A stretch of DNA of 64,000 nt from a virus: the IMG/VR virus record IMGVR_UViG_3300020185_000025, positions 1-64,000 of that record; one strand, written 5' to 3'. The notes beneath the pieces are model-generated. The model saw only the letters and a program-made list of their open reading frames with translations. It was not told the origin of the DNA and made no database searches. The translations under genes and the position numbers were made by a program. Below, in pieces: positions 27,545 through 36,919 of this stretch (its first letter is position 1; the number at the start of each line of letters is the position of its first letter).

Positions 27545-28139
27545 TAGTTAATATAGTATTTTGTTCTCCAACTCCACGTCTTGCTACTTTATAACCAAGG
27601 TCAATGTATAAGTCTATTGTCTCATCAACTATTTCTTTAGGTGTTAATATGTTTGTCTCAAACTCAATCCAAACAGGCCAACGATCTTTATCTCTTAATA
27701 AAAGAAAAGGAATAAACGATTGAAGTATTTTACAATCACCGCCTTCAGTATCTATCTTTAATACAGTTACTTTATCAACATCATTCTCTTCAAAGATTTC
27801 ACTAAGTGGAATACAGTCAATATCTATTGTCTTAACAAGCTTTTCAAGATTGTGCTTTTTGTGTTGATAGTGATAATCACCTACTGCATTACAACCACGA
27901 ATCCAAAGTGGAAATTGATGTTCATAAATGGTATGAAGTGGTATATAGTATACTTTATCTTTACCGCGCTCACCATCAAAAGAAACCGCACAATTGAGTT
28001 TCTTAACGTTATTTTTATTTGGTAAACGGTCTAAGTAAAATTGTATAGGATCAATAGATAACCCAACGGTGTCGTGAGTTGCTGTTTGAATAAGAGTGTC
28101 AAAGTCCGAAGTGCCTATCTCAATAAAATCATAATTCAT
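27534..28139 (-). CDS. FkbM-family methyltransferase-like protein
   Basis: FIEIGT, LKIDTEG. Confidence 0.7.
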   Translation of the reverse strand: MNYDFIEIGTSDFDTLIQTATHDTVGLSIDPIQFYLDRLPNKNNVKKLNCAVSFDGERGKDKVYYIPLHTIYEHQFPLWIRGCNAVGDYHYQHKKHNLEKLVKTIDIDCIPLSEIFEENDVDKVTVLKIDTEGGDCKILQSFIPFLLLRDKDRWPVWIEFETNILTPKEIVDETIDLYIDLGYKVARRGVGEQNTILTIDI

Positions 28140-28154
28140 AATAAAGGTTTCTTG

Positions 28155-28643
28155 TTATATTTGTTCCATAATAAAAGTATCGTATCTCCATGACACATTT
28201 GTAGTTGCATATGCTACATCAGTATTGTTTACATCAAGACTAACACCACCCAAACCAATAGGAAAGCAATTCTTGAATGTAAATCTTACATGAGGATTCT
28301 TGTGAGAGTTTGTGATAGTACAAATTAAGTCTGATTCAAAACCAATCTTTTCTCTTAACTTGTTTTGTGTGGTAGTTTCTGGAGCAGAATAACCTTGGAT
28401 CCAATCTAAGATCTCTTTATAGTTATTCATGTCTTCGTCAACAATCATCGTAGTTTGCAGTTCACCATAATCCAATCTATCGCCATATTCATATATGTTG
28501 GACAGAGGATTGCTAATGGTTTGTGCAGTAGCGGTTATGTCTGGAATCGTAAGCTTTTGAGTAAAGAATTCTACATTTGGGAGTCTCTCTATACTAATCG
28601 TAAAATTAGTAGGAGATAAGTAGTTATTAATAATTTCAGCCAT
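28155..28643 (-). CDS. gp3: tail tube terminator / tail completion protein
   Basis: NYLSPTNF, PNVEFF, VDEDMNNY.EI..W, FKNCFP. Confidence 0.85.
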   Translation of the reverse strand: MAEIINNYLSPTNFTISIERLPNVEFFTQKLTIPDITATAQTISNPLSNIYEYGDRLDYGELQTTMIVDEDMNNYKEILDWIQGYSAPETTTQNKLREKIGFESDLICTITNSHKNPHVRFTFKNCFPIGLGGVSLDVNNTDVAYATTNVSWRYDTFIMEQI

Positions 28644-28709
28644 TTGTTAATCCTAGTAAAATAATACCTTTCTTGTATAGTATTATTTATTAGAATTGAG
28701 TCGGTGTAA

Positions 28710-29441
28710 TTATTCTTCGTTGGTAAGATAGACCATGAATGCACAACACTTGGACCAATCACCAGCAGCTAACCATTTATCATCAGCAGCCAATGCCATG
28801 TGTTTCTTGTCCATCCATCGTACTTTTTTGAACTGAGGTAATAGATTGTCTCTTACTTTTTGCCATTGCTTTGCAGCACCAGGATAACAGCTTAAGTGAA
28901 ACTCAACTGCTATGTGTTTAACGTTTGTAGTTAAATAAGGCATATTCAATTCGGTAAAGACTCCATACTCTCCACCTTCACAATCTATTTTGAGGTAATC
29001 AATCTTTGGTATATTATAATCTACAACAAGATCGAGGAATGACATCTTTTTAAATTCATCGTATTCAGAGAATACATTATTAAAATGATTTGCAGTAGAA
29101 CCTATTCCTGCTTCGATTGGAATAACCGGAATCTTACCGTGATCAATAAAGTAATCCGAAACATTGCGGATAAGAGTTTTGAGATGAGGTCTTGAAGGCT
29201 CGATAGCATATATTTTAGAAGCTTTACGATCAAGAGCGTGAGCGACAAAGAACCCAACACAAGCACCAATATCAACAACAACATCACCTGGCTCAACATC
29301 ACGCCACCATTTGTAATCCATCCTATGAAAGAATTCAATGAATTGTGCATTAACATCTGGTAAGGGTAATCCGTCTGTTGATAAATGTAGGTTTAAGTAT
29401 TTGTTAGTATCTTGATTTTCGTAATCTTCTTTTCTGCTCAT
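28710..29441 (-). CDS. FkbM-family methyltransferase
   Basis: VVDIGACVG, AIEP, LKIDCEGGE, VEFH. Confidence 0.85.
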   Translation of the reverse strand: MSRKEDYENQDTNKYLNLHLSTDGLPLPDVNAQFIEFFHRMDYKWWRDVEPGDVVVDIGACVGFFVAHALDRKASKIYAIEPSRPHLKTLIRNVSDYFIDHGKIPVIPIEAGIGSTANHFNNVFSEYDEFKKMSFLDLVVDYNIPKIDYLKIDCEGGEYGVFTELNMPYLTTNVKHIAVEFHLSCYPGAAKQWQKVRDNLLPQFKKVRWMDKKHMALAADDKWLAAGDWSKCCAFMVYLTNEE

Positions 29442-29442
29442 G

Positions 29443-29604
29443 TCACCAATGCCTTATAGTATTTGCCATAATAAAGAAACACGTTAAAAAGTTTACTCCA
29501 ACAATAATCGTTCTTAATAACATAACATAATCGTCATAAGGTTCTGTCTTATCGTCAGAGAAACCACCTAATGAGTATTTCCATATCAATTTAAGTTTAT
29601 TCAT
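29443..29604 (-). CDS. 53-aa membrane protein (not in ORF track)
   Basis: MNKLKLIWKYSLGGFSDDKTEPYDD...IMANTIRHW*. Confidence 0.65.
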   Translation of the reverse strand: MNKLKLIWKYSLGGFSDDKTEPYDDYVMLLRTIIVGVNFLTCFFIMANTIRHW

Positions 29605-29610
29605 TATTAT

Positions 29611-29895
29611 TTATTCTTCCTCGGCTAATGTATAATCCTCGAGCATATTACGAGCATACTTCGCCATTTGTTCTAATTTGTTAACTAATAGTTCTGCATC
29701 AGGAATATCAATAGGTCTAATTTTGTCACCAATCAAATAACCTTCAAAATGATTCTCAATTAAAGCCTCAAAGTCAAATGTTATTTCTGCGACAGGATCA
29801 CAAGAACCTTCTCCCACATAAACGCAGACACCAAATCCTTCTTCGGATACAAATCCTGCGGTGTCTATTTCAATTTGAGTAATTACACTATCCAT
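29611..29895 (-). CDS. hypothetical acidic protein
   Basis: ORF coupled to gp52 stop. Confidence 0.6.
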   Translation of the reverse strand: MDSVITQIEIDTAGFVSEEGFGVCVYVGEGSCDPVAEITFDFEALIENHFEGYLIGDKIRPIDIPDAELLVNKLEQMAKYARNMLEDYTLAEEE

Positions 29896-31238
29896 TATAC
29901 ATTCTCCAAGTCAGTTGTAAATTGTTCGTTAGGGGTTGTCTTTTGCCAAAAGCTTAATGTTGTTTTAGATTCTTCAATCTGTTTCTTTAACTTTACAATC
30001 TCTTCATTGGTTGCATTTAAGAAACTTAATGCGAGCAATCTGTTTGTGTCACCTCCTAGTGCAGACGTCTCTTGCATTATTTGATTGACGACCTGTTCTT
30101 TAGTATTATTTTTATATACTATACGATCATCAATATTTGCTTGAATGAATTCCATTTTAACATTAAGCCAACGGACCTCTTCATTAAACTCTTTTATACG
30201 AGCATCAATTCTCTGCTGCAATATACCTAAACGGTAATCACAAAAGTCCTTTATAAGGTCTCGAGCATCTGTGTATTCTCGAAGTTTGCCATCAAAATCA
30301 ATCACTGTGAGGTTTTGAGCGAATGGCTTACTGAGTTTAAACTTGCTAATAAGTTTGGTATCATTCCATTTAACAGAAGAAAGTTTAAGCTTTACTTCAA
30401 AACGGAAACCGTCCTTATTACATTTATCTTCGTAGGATACGATATCTCCTTCTTCTTCCAACTTATCGAGTACCTTAACATAACCTTCTCGGTCAAAGCC
30501 GTATGGTACCTCTGTGATGGAGACGCCTGTTTTACCAGTGCGTTTGAAGATACCATACGAAACATATTTTGTTGGGTCTTCTTTTGATTGTTCGACTGTT
30601 CCTTTAAACTCAGGAAACATAACTTTAGGCTTTGTGGTAATTTTACCTTTATCCAAATATTGAATACAAGCCTTCTTTAAATCTTTTGGATTGTGCGGTA
30701 GTATATTCGTTGCGAATCCAGTTGCGATTCCTTTTGTTCCATTTACAAGTACCAAAGGAATGATAGGCAAATAGAACTGAGGTGGTTCGTGTTCAGGATC
30801 TTCGTGAATAGGAGCAAGATCAACATCTTTTATGTATTTGTTGAAATTGTCATGTACTCTTGAATAGACATAACGAGCAGCACCAGCTTCTTGAACCAAT
30901 CGAGTACCAAATGATCCTCGACCTTCAATTAAGCAAATGTTGTTATTCCATTCTGCGGCCATGAGTTGTCCTGCACCAGCGGCAGATGATTCACCATGAT
31001 TATAACCGTAGTCAGAAATAATACCAGAGACTGCAGATACCTTTTTGAAATCCTTCTTGCTATTTAATAAAGAAGAATAAAGGTAGAACCTTTGAACAGG
31101 TTTCAGTCCATCAATCATATTAGGTATTGCTCTGCTCTCAACAGTATACATCGCGAATGATTTCCATTCGTTGGAAGCAACCTTTGAGATAGGATAGTTT
31201 TTACCCAATAGCGTTTCAGTAAACATTTCTAAATTCAT
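29895..31238 (-). CDS. gp52: type II topoisomerase, GyrA-like subunit
   Basis: RAIPNMIDGLKPVQR, YNHGE, AARY, GIATGF. Confidence 0.95.
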   Translation of the reverse strand: MNLEMFTETLLGKNYPISKVASNEWKSFAMYTVESRAIPNMIDGLKPVQRFYLYSSLLNSKKDFKKVSAVSGIISDYGYNHGESSAAGAGQLMAAEWNNNICLIEGRGSFGTRLVQEAGAARYVYSRVHDNFNKYIKDVDLAPIHEDPEHEPPQFYLPIIPLVLVNGTKGIATGFATNILPHNPKDLKKACIQYLDKGKITTKPKVMFPEFKGTVEQSKEDPTKYVSYGIFKRTGKTGVSITEVPYGFDREGYVKVLDKLEEEGDIVSYEDKCNKDGFRFEVKLKLSSVKWNDTKLISKFKLSKPFAQNLTVIDFDGKLREYTDARDLIKDFCDYRLGILQQRIDARIKEFNEEVRWLNVKMEFIQANIDDRIVYKNNTKEQVVNQIMQETSALGGDTNRLLALSFLNATNEEIVKLKKQIEESKTTLSFWQKTTPNEQFTTDLENV

Positions 31239-33061
31239 GCGAACATATACTCCTTTCTTAAACTTGAATCTTTTCCAAACATCATTTGAAATACCGAAGC
31301 ATCATCAACAGTAACAGTGTCATACTGAGGTTTGTTAATAATGTCGTGGTATTCATCTTCAGTTAAGGAACCAAGACCTTTAATATATCTATGCTTATAG
31401 CCGTCGTTCTTTTTGAACTCCTGAGCATCTTCATAAGTATAGAACCATTTAACCGTAGATCCTTTTGTTGAGATCATAATTGGTGTTCTTGTAATTTGAA
31501 CACGATTCTCTAAAAGTAATCGAGGCCAAAATTTGTAAAAGAATGCAATTAACAGTGGACTGATATGTCCTATACCGTCATGGTCAGCATCAGTTAATGT
31601 AGCAATATATTTGTATGTCATATTGTCCACACTGTCTGGATCGTTAATATCGAGACCCAGAACTGCTACCAATTCCGATAGTTCTTTATTCTTTAATACT
31701 TCAGCAGGTTTCATATCCCAGGTATTCATAATCACACCACGTAATGGAAAAGCTCCAATCGTATCAGGATCACGTACCTTTAATAAGAATCCCATTGCCG
31801 AATCACCTTCCACAATTTTCAGAGTAGCATCATCTTTGTTAGCAGAGATATGTTTCGCAACTTTTACCTTACGTAACTTTTTCTGAGCCAATGTTGCAGC
31901 TCTTCTATCCGCGGCTAGCTTCTTTGCCAGTTGAGCTTCAATAATAGGATCAATTATATCAGGAGTATTTAATATCTTCTGCGCAAGCCACTCAGCATCA
32001 CGTACCTGACAGATATCTAGGTGTTCCTTGATATTACCAATTGGATTAGTTAGACGTTCTTTTGTTTGAGAATCAAATTTAGGATTCACAAAGTTACGAG
32101 CAAACATAACGAATGTAATACCACTCTTGATCGTTGTCTTTAATACTTCGACCTTATGACGTCTTTTAATTTTGACTGTTAACGAATCAATAATAGTATT
32201 CATAAAGTGGTCAACATAAGTACCACCCTGTCTTGTATTCACACCATTGATAAAACTGTTAGTTCTGAATCCATCTTCCGAAGGAGCAATGAAGTAAGAC
32301 AGATTGTTTGTCTTCTCCATGATAGTCGTATCAGAAAACATATCAGCATACTTCTTGAAATTATTAATAGCAACCTTCTTTTTATTAAAGGAAAACTGAA
32401 TCTCAGGAAATGCCATCTGTAAACTTATCAGACGATCTTCAATTAATATGATCGTATCAAGTTGGTCCAATGATTCAACCTCAAACAAATCAAAGTCAGG
32501 AACAAAAGATACCTCAGTACCAGTTCCTGCTTTTGAACCTTTCTTGATCTTCATGGTATCAGCGCCGTCTTTACAGTCAAGTTGAATTGACTTTCCGTTA
32601 GACCATGTTTTACCAGTGAATGATTTAGATAGGAAGTTGGTTGCAGCTGAACCGACACCGTTAGTACCGATCGTTACTCGTTCGTCATCAAACGAAGTAC
32701 CTGCATTAACTTTTGTCCAAGCCGCTACAGGTCGTAAGATGTTTGCTTGCATCGCCTCGTCAAAGATCTGGTCTTGAGGAATACCTCGACCGTTATCAGT
32801 GACGGTTACTTCGTTGTTATTAATAGATACATTAATCTTGTTAGCAAATTTGAAGTTGGTACGGATTGCTTCATCAATTGAGTTGTCAAGTATTTCGTCA
32901 ACCATTTTTGATAGTGCAGGTACATACGTAGCTTTCTTCCATTCTCCAAGGATGAATCTTTCGATCTCCTCTTTTGAACTTGAACCCATGTACATACCGA
33001 TCCTCTCTCGAACGTGCTGTCGAGCTGTGAGGATTCTGAACTGTTCGTTTTGTTTAGTCAA
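31235..33061 (-). CDS. gp39: type II topoisomerase, GyrB-like subunit (unsplit gp39+60)
   Basis: EILDNSIDE, DNGRGIP, EGDSA, PLRG, TDADHDG, YIKGLG; probable TTG start after GGAG SD. Confidence 0.93.
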   Translation of the reverse strand: MTKQNEQFRILTARQHVRERIGMYMGSSSKEEIERFILGEWKKATYVPALSKMVDEILDNSIDEAIRTNFKFANKINVSINNNEVTVTDNGRGIPQDQIFDEAMQANILRPVAAWTKVNAGTSFDDERVTIGTNGVGSAATNFLSKSFTGKTWSNGKSIQLDCKDGADTMKIKKGSKAGTGTEVSFVPDFDLFEVESLDQLDTIILIEDRLISLQMAFPEIQFSFNKKKVAINNFKKYADMFSDTTIMEKTNNLSYFIAPSEDGFRTNSFINGVNTRQGGTYVDHFMNTIIDSLTVKIKRRHKVEVLKTTIKSGITFVMFARNFVNPKFDSQTKERLTNPIGNIKEHLDICQVRDAEWLAQKILNTPDIIDPIIEAQLAKKLAADRRAATLAQKKLRKVKVAKHISANKDDATLKIVEGDSAMGFLLKVRDPDTIGAFPLRGVIMNTWDMKPAEVLKNKELSELVAVLGLDINDPDSVDNMTYKYIATLTDADHDGIGHISPLLIAFFYKFWPRLLLENRVQITRTPIMISTKGSTVKWFYTYEDAQEFKKNDGYKHRYIKGLGSLTEDEYHDIINKPQYDTVTVDDASVFQMMFGKDSSLRKEYMFA

Positions 33062-33086
33062 ATCATTATTCTCCATATCAACCATC

Positions 33087-33115
33087 ATTATAACACAGTT
33101 TGCTGTCGATGTCAA
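33087..33115 (-). promoter_or_regulatory. sigma70 promoter (gp39)
   Basis: TTGACA-N17-TATAAT. Confidence 0.85.
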
Positions 33116-33194
33116 TAGTTATTTAAATTAACTTCAAGGCTACATCCTTCCGAATCATGCTTTACAACCTTCTCAATCAATTCGTTATGATACC

Positions 33195-33223
33195 ATTATA
33201 CAATAGTTCTTTGTGAATGTCAA
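33195..33223 (-). promoter_or_regulatory. second tandem sigma70 promoter
   Basis: TTGACA-N17-TATAAT. Confidence 0.8.
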
Positions 33224-33299
33224 CCATTATTTTCGTGGTACCTCAACTATCTATATATTGTATAAGGAGTCGTTTCCTGAAAATAATTTCAGAAAACCA

Positions 33300-33328
33300 T
33301 TGACATCTGCAGTTGAACCAGTTATAAT
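33300..33328 (+). promoter_or_regulatory. sigma70 early promoter
   Basis: TTGACA-N17-TATAAT. Confidence 0.85.
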
Positions 33329-33371
33329 AGATTTATCAAATCGAAACCACAAATAGAAAAAGGAGAAAATT

Positions 33372-33563
33372 ATGGGATTAACAAATGAACAAATAACACT
33401 GCTTGCGCAGCAATCCACCGTAGGTGGCAAACAAAGGTATACTGAATCACAAATTAGGGATATGGTTGGAGCACCATCAATTGAAGAGGATCAACTCTGC
33501 GGTTGTGGAGACAATATCAATATCTGTCCTGATGCCTACGAACACATGACTCACGGAGTCTAA
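33372..33563 (+). CDS. hypothetical early protein
   Basis: SD AGGAG; CxC...C...H possible metal site. Confidence 0.7.
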   Translation: MGLTNEQITLLAQQSTVGGKQRYTESQIRDMVGAPSIEEDQLCGCGDNINICPDAYEHMTHGV

Positions 33564-33610
33564 TATTCAGTTTGGTTATAACCATATAACTAAATGATCT
33601 AAATAAACTA

Positions 33611-33639
33611 TTGACATTTGTTATGAAACCGTTTATAAT
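33611..33639 (+). promoter_or_regulatory. sigma70 early promoter
   Basis: TTGACA-N17-TATAAT. Confidence 0.85.
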
Positions 33640-33672
33640 ATCTATATTAAATAATTGAAAAGGAATAGGAAC

Positions 33673-33771
33673 ATGGTTGAAGTATTGGTTAGAATTACAG
33701 TCGCAATCGCATCCTTTATTATTATTGCTGCAATTGCAGTGACAGTTTCAACATTTATCATAACTTTGTGA
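33673..33771 (+). CDS. 32-aa single-TM peptide (not in ORF track)
   Basis: MVEVLVRITVAIASFIIIAAIAVTVSTFIITL*; own promoter and AGGA SD. Confidence 0.55.
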   Translation: MVEVLVRITVAIASFIIIAAIAVTVSTFIITL

Positions 33772-33790
33772 AAATAAATGAAAATAACTA

Positions 33791-33819
33791 TTGACATCGT
33801 AAGGAAACTGTGTTATAAT
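33791..33819 (+). promoter_or_regulatory. sigma70 early promoter
   Basis: TTGACA-N17-TATAAT. Confidence 0.85.
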
Positions 33820-33850
33820 TGTTGTATAAATTAAATCAATGGGAGTTGTT

Positions 33851-34201
33851 ATGAATTTAGAAAACTATAAAATCAAACCACGGTCGGAGTTCGTTTCGAC
33901 TAGTCTTCAAGGCTATATCACATGTTCTTACGCAGAACTGGTTAAAGTCTTCGGCGAACCAACATGTACAGAAACCTCAGGTGACGGCAAAGTCGACATT
34001 GAGTGGGAAATGCAAGTTGAGGATTTCGATCACAATGCAATCCGTCCTTTTACCATTTATAATTGGAAAGACTATGACGGAGGATTTGATGCAAGATCCA
34101 ATCCTATTTACAGATGGCATATTGGTGGTACCTCTGGTATCGTCTCTGCTTATGTAACTGAATACTTTAATAATACATTAAATTACTCGGAGGCAGTGTA
34201 A
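33851..34201 (+). CDS. conserved phage hypothetical protein
   Basis: TSLQGY...FGEP...TIYNWK...WHIGG; GGGAG SD before MNLENY. Confidence 0.7.
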   Translation: MNLENYKIKPRSEFVSTSLQGYITCSYAELVKVFGEPTCTETSGDGKVDIEWEMQVEDFDHNAIRPFTIYNWKDYDGGFDARSNPIYRWHIGGTSGIVSAYVTEYFNNTLNYSEAV

Positions 34202-34440
34202 TGAAAAAATTAAGTTCTTACGAAGTGATCATGCGTGAATTGACCAAAATGAAAAAGAAGTACGAAAAGGAAGAAGCTAACAAAGAACGTAAAGAAGCAG
34301 CAAAGAATGAACGTGCTGTCAACAAGTTAGCAAAGATGAAAGACTTTGCCTTGTATTCTGATGACAAGTTTGATGCTACTTCAGAATTGAATTTAACTCC
34401 TTCTTATGATGAAGGTGGAATCAATCCTGAATGGAACTAG
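34201..34440 (+). CDS. hypothetical protein
   Basis: ORF coupled to upstream stop. Confidence 0.65.
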   Translation: MKKLSSYEVIMRELTKMKKKYEKEEANKERKEAAKNERAVNKLAKMKDFALYSDDKFDATSELNLTPSYDEGGINPEWN

Positions 34441-34586
34441 TACTTGTTTTAGGGTCATACCTATTGATCTTGATTCTTGTGATTGCATTTATCAAGATCA
34501 TTCTAGGTGGATTGGAATTCATTTGGAATAATGTTTTTACAATCATTGCGATTATATTATTAATTAGTTTACTTATGGGTATTTAA
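34431..34586 (+). CDS. 51-aa membrane protein (not in ORF track)
   Basis: MELVLVLGSYLLILILVIAFIKIILGG...; fills gap. Confidence 0.55.
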   Translation: MELVLVLGSYLLILILVIAFIKIILGGLEFIWNNVFTIIAIILLISLLMGI

Positions 34587-34588
34587 GT

Positions 34589-35011
34589 ATGAAAGTTTTT
34601 TTCTCGGGTCCACGTGACGGACAGCTCGATACGTATCTACAGGCTTCGGCACTGATGTTTGTTAAGTTCATTTCTAAAGAACTCAACATTAATCGACTCC
34701 GTACCAATATACATGTCAAGTTCCATCACAAGCTCTTTGTAGACAACTCCCACAGTGAGGGACTTTGCGAGTCCGTGGATTCGAGAAATTTTATTATTGA
34801 TGTTGCATTGTATGGGAATTGGATGTCAACATTGGCTCATGAATTAGTTCATGTGAAACAGTTTGCTCGAGGAGAGTTGACAGAGAATCTACAATATTGG
34901 AAAGGTAAGGACCATTCCGAAACAGAGTATTGGGATCAACCTTGGGAGAAGGAAGCTCGACGTTTACAAATTCAGCTCATGACCAAGTATATGAAATCTT
35001 TTGAGGTTTAA
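34589..35011 (+). CDS. HEXXH zinc metallopeptidase-like protein
   Basis: TLAHELVHVKQ, YWDQPWEKEA. Confidence 0.75.
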   Translation: MKVFFSGPRDGQLDTYLQASALMFVKFISKELNINRLRTNIHVKFHHKLFVDNSHSEGLCESVDSRNFIIDVALYGNWMSTLAHELVHVKQFARGELTENLQYWKGKDHSETEYWDQPWEKEARRLQIQLMTKYMKSFEV

Positions 35012-35019
35012 TTGGAAAT

Positions 35020-35096
35020 GCGCTCATAGCTCAACTGGATAGAGCAACAGCCTTCTAAGCTGTAGGTTCCAGGTTCAAGTCCTGGTGGGCGTGCCA
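35020..35096 (+). tRNA. tRNA-Arg (TCT)
   Basis: Cloverleaf; anticodon arm ACAGC-CTTCTAA-GCTGT; GTTCAAG T-loop; CCA end. Confidence 0.93.
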
Positions 35097-35120
35097 ATTA
35101 AAATAGGAATAAATATTGCT

Positions 35121-35306
35121 ATGAAAAAGAAAGAAAGAATAAAATTAAAAGGTGGAGCAGAATGGGATGCTCTAACACCTGCACGCAAATGGTATAAGTA
35201 TTTAACAAGTCCTGGTGTTACCGCAAGTATTAAGAAAGGCTATAATAAAAGGTTTAGGAAAAATGGAAAAATTGACACTGAGAAATCCAGTCGCGAAGAA
35301 CTGTAA
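35121..35306 (+). CDS. small basic hypothetical protein
   Basis: Start moved to MKKKERI because the track start lies inside the tRNA. Confidence 0.65.
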   Translation: MKKKERIKLKGGAEWDALTPARKWYKYLTSPGVTASIKKGYNKRFRKNGKIDTEKSSREEL

Positions 35307-35397
35307 TAAGTTCAATAAACCTGCGACACACAAAGATCGTAAGAAAGCGGCAAGCCGTGGTTACACTAAACACAAACTCCAAAAGATTAAGGAATGA
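35263..35397 (+). CDS. small basic protein, possibly ArfA-like
   Basis: NPVAK..NKFNK...H.DRKK....Y.KHK; AGGA SD. Confidence 0.5.
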   Translation: MEKLTLRNPVAKNCNKFNKPATHKDRKKAASRGYTKHKLQKIKE

Positions 35398-35633
35398 CAA
35401 TGGATGCTACAGAATTTTTTAAGTTGTTAGAAAGCCATGATTGGTACTATCAATATTCCGACGACCATCGAGCATGGGAAAAAGGTAATAAAGAATCGAA
35501 GCGACTTCAGTCAATTATACAAGAAGATTCATTATATACTAATATGTATTTGGCAATGTCAGATTACATGTTTAAGCCGTTAGAAGAAAGAGAAGGTTTG
35601 GAAAGACCACAACTGAAGGATTTTATTAATTAA
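35394..35633 (+). CDS. hypothetical protein
   Basis: HDWYYQYSDD motif. Confidence 0.7.
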   Translation: MTMDATEFFKLLESHDWYYQYSDDHRAWEKGNKESKRLQSIIQEDSLYTNMYLAMSDYMFKPLEEREGLERPQLKDFIN

Positions 35634-35640
35634 GAATAAC

Positions 35641-36030
35641 ATGGTTTCAACAAAAGAAATAAAGCAAGACGTTAAAGAAAAGTTCGAAGATAGCACAATG
35701 ACTCGAACTGGTCGACTTGCTATGGAATTAGCTGCTGAACGTTCACGTCTTAGACAAGAGATGGAAGAACTTCAAGTACAAGTAGAAGATCTATCTCCTG
35801 TCACACCAGAAGGTACTGTTGATAGTTATGTTAAATGGGCAGCAACCATTCTTGCAGTTTTTGGAGTATTTACTCAGAGTGCAGGATTTATTATTGTAGG
35901 TAAGATTGCTTATGCTTGTAGTTCTATTGCTTGGACTTATGTTGGACATTGTTGGAATGATAAAGCAATTATGATCGGTAGTGCAATTACAGGTACTGCT
36001 GTTCTATTAAATTTAACGGAATATTTATGA
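35641..36030 (+). CDS. coiled-coil plus membrane protein
   Basis: DSYVKWAAT...WNDKAIM; paralogous to 36920. Confidence 0.65.
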   Translation: MVSTKEIKQDVKEKFEDSTMTRTGRLAMELAAERSRLRQEMEELQVQVEDLSPVTPEGTVDSYVKWAATILAVFGVFTQSAGFIIVGKIAYACSSIAWTYVGHCWNDKAIMIGSAITGTAVLLNLTEYL

Positions 36031-36740
36031 GTGAAGTATTTGTATTTGATGTAGACGGAACATTGACCGAACCAAGATTGAGGATAGATGAACAGTTTTT
36101 CAACTATATGTTGAACTTCTGTAAAGATAACGATGTATACCTCATTACTGGATCCGATCGTCAAAAGACCTTTGAACAATTAGGCTTTGAGTTATACGAT
36201 GCTTGTAAAGGAGTATGGCAATGCAACGGTAACGAATTCTGGGAAGGATCTCGAAGAGGTGAAAAGAAAGACTTTACAATGGATTACGAATTCAAAAAGT
36301 TCCTAACAAATTACGTTAACTCTAGTAGGTACCCAATTAAAACTGGTAGCCATCTCGAAGAAAGAACTGGTATGATTAACTTTTCTACTGTAGGCCGCGG
36401 TGCTACATTACAACAAAGAAAAGATTATTATGCATGGGATAAAGTTAACCACGAACGTATATTACTTTGTGAAGAAATCAATAAAGAATATCCAAAGCTT
36501 ATGGCTTCCGTTGGTGGAGAAATTAGTATTGATATTGCGATAAGAGGAAATAACAAATCGCAGGTCGCAGATATCCTAAATAAAAAATACGATCACATTC
36601 ACTTCTTTGGAGATAGAATGGATTATGGAGGCAACGATTATCCGTTAGCCACAACAATAGAACTAGGACAGATGGGAACAAATTATCCTGTTAGTTCATG
36701 GAAAGAAACCTGGGAGAAACTAAATGAAATTAAGAATTAG
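36027..36740 (+). CDS. HAD-IIB phosphomannomutase-like protein
   Basis: FDVDGTL, TGSD, ERTGMINFS, GGEISID, FFGD...GGNDY. Confidence 0.85.
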   Translation: MSEVFVFDVDGTLTEPRLRIDEQFFNYMLNFCKDNDVYLITGSDRQKTFEQLGFELYDACKGVWQCNGNEFWEGSRRGEKKDFTMDYEFKKFLTNYVNSSRYPIKTGSHLEERTGMINFSTVGRGATLQQRKDYYAWDKVNHERILLCEEINKEYPKLMASVGGEISIDIAIRGNNKSQVADILNKKYDHIHFFGDRMDYGGNDYPLATTIELGQMGTNYPVSSWKETWEKLNEIKN

Positions 36741-36918
36741 ATATACGCATGAAACAGATGCATCAAGAGAATTAGAAGTTGTAGGTTGGCAATACGCAAG
36801 ACCTAGTGGTGAACTTAGTGAAGAACACGACGAAACGCGAACTTACATTCGTAGGATAGACGATTATATTATCGACTTTCCAACAGCAAACATTATTGAG
36901 ACAATTGAAATAGGATAG
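36724..36918 (+). CDS. hypothetical protein
   Basis: ORF in operon. Confidence 0.55.
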   Translation: MKLRIRYTHETDASRELEVVGWQYARPSGELSEEHDETRTYIRRIDDYIIDFPTANIIETIEIG

Positions 36919-36919
36919 T

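Noticed and set aside
17867-33061. Introns, inteins or a gene-60-type translational bypass in gp43, gp46 or topoisomerase
   Set aside because: ORFs are continuous and of normal length; gp39+60 is a single frame
33062-33115. N-terminal extension of gp39 given in the ORF track
   Set aside because: It overlaps a perfect promoter; the true start is downstream. The same reasoning applies to track starts at 37393, 44127 and 35085 (the last lies inside a tRNA)
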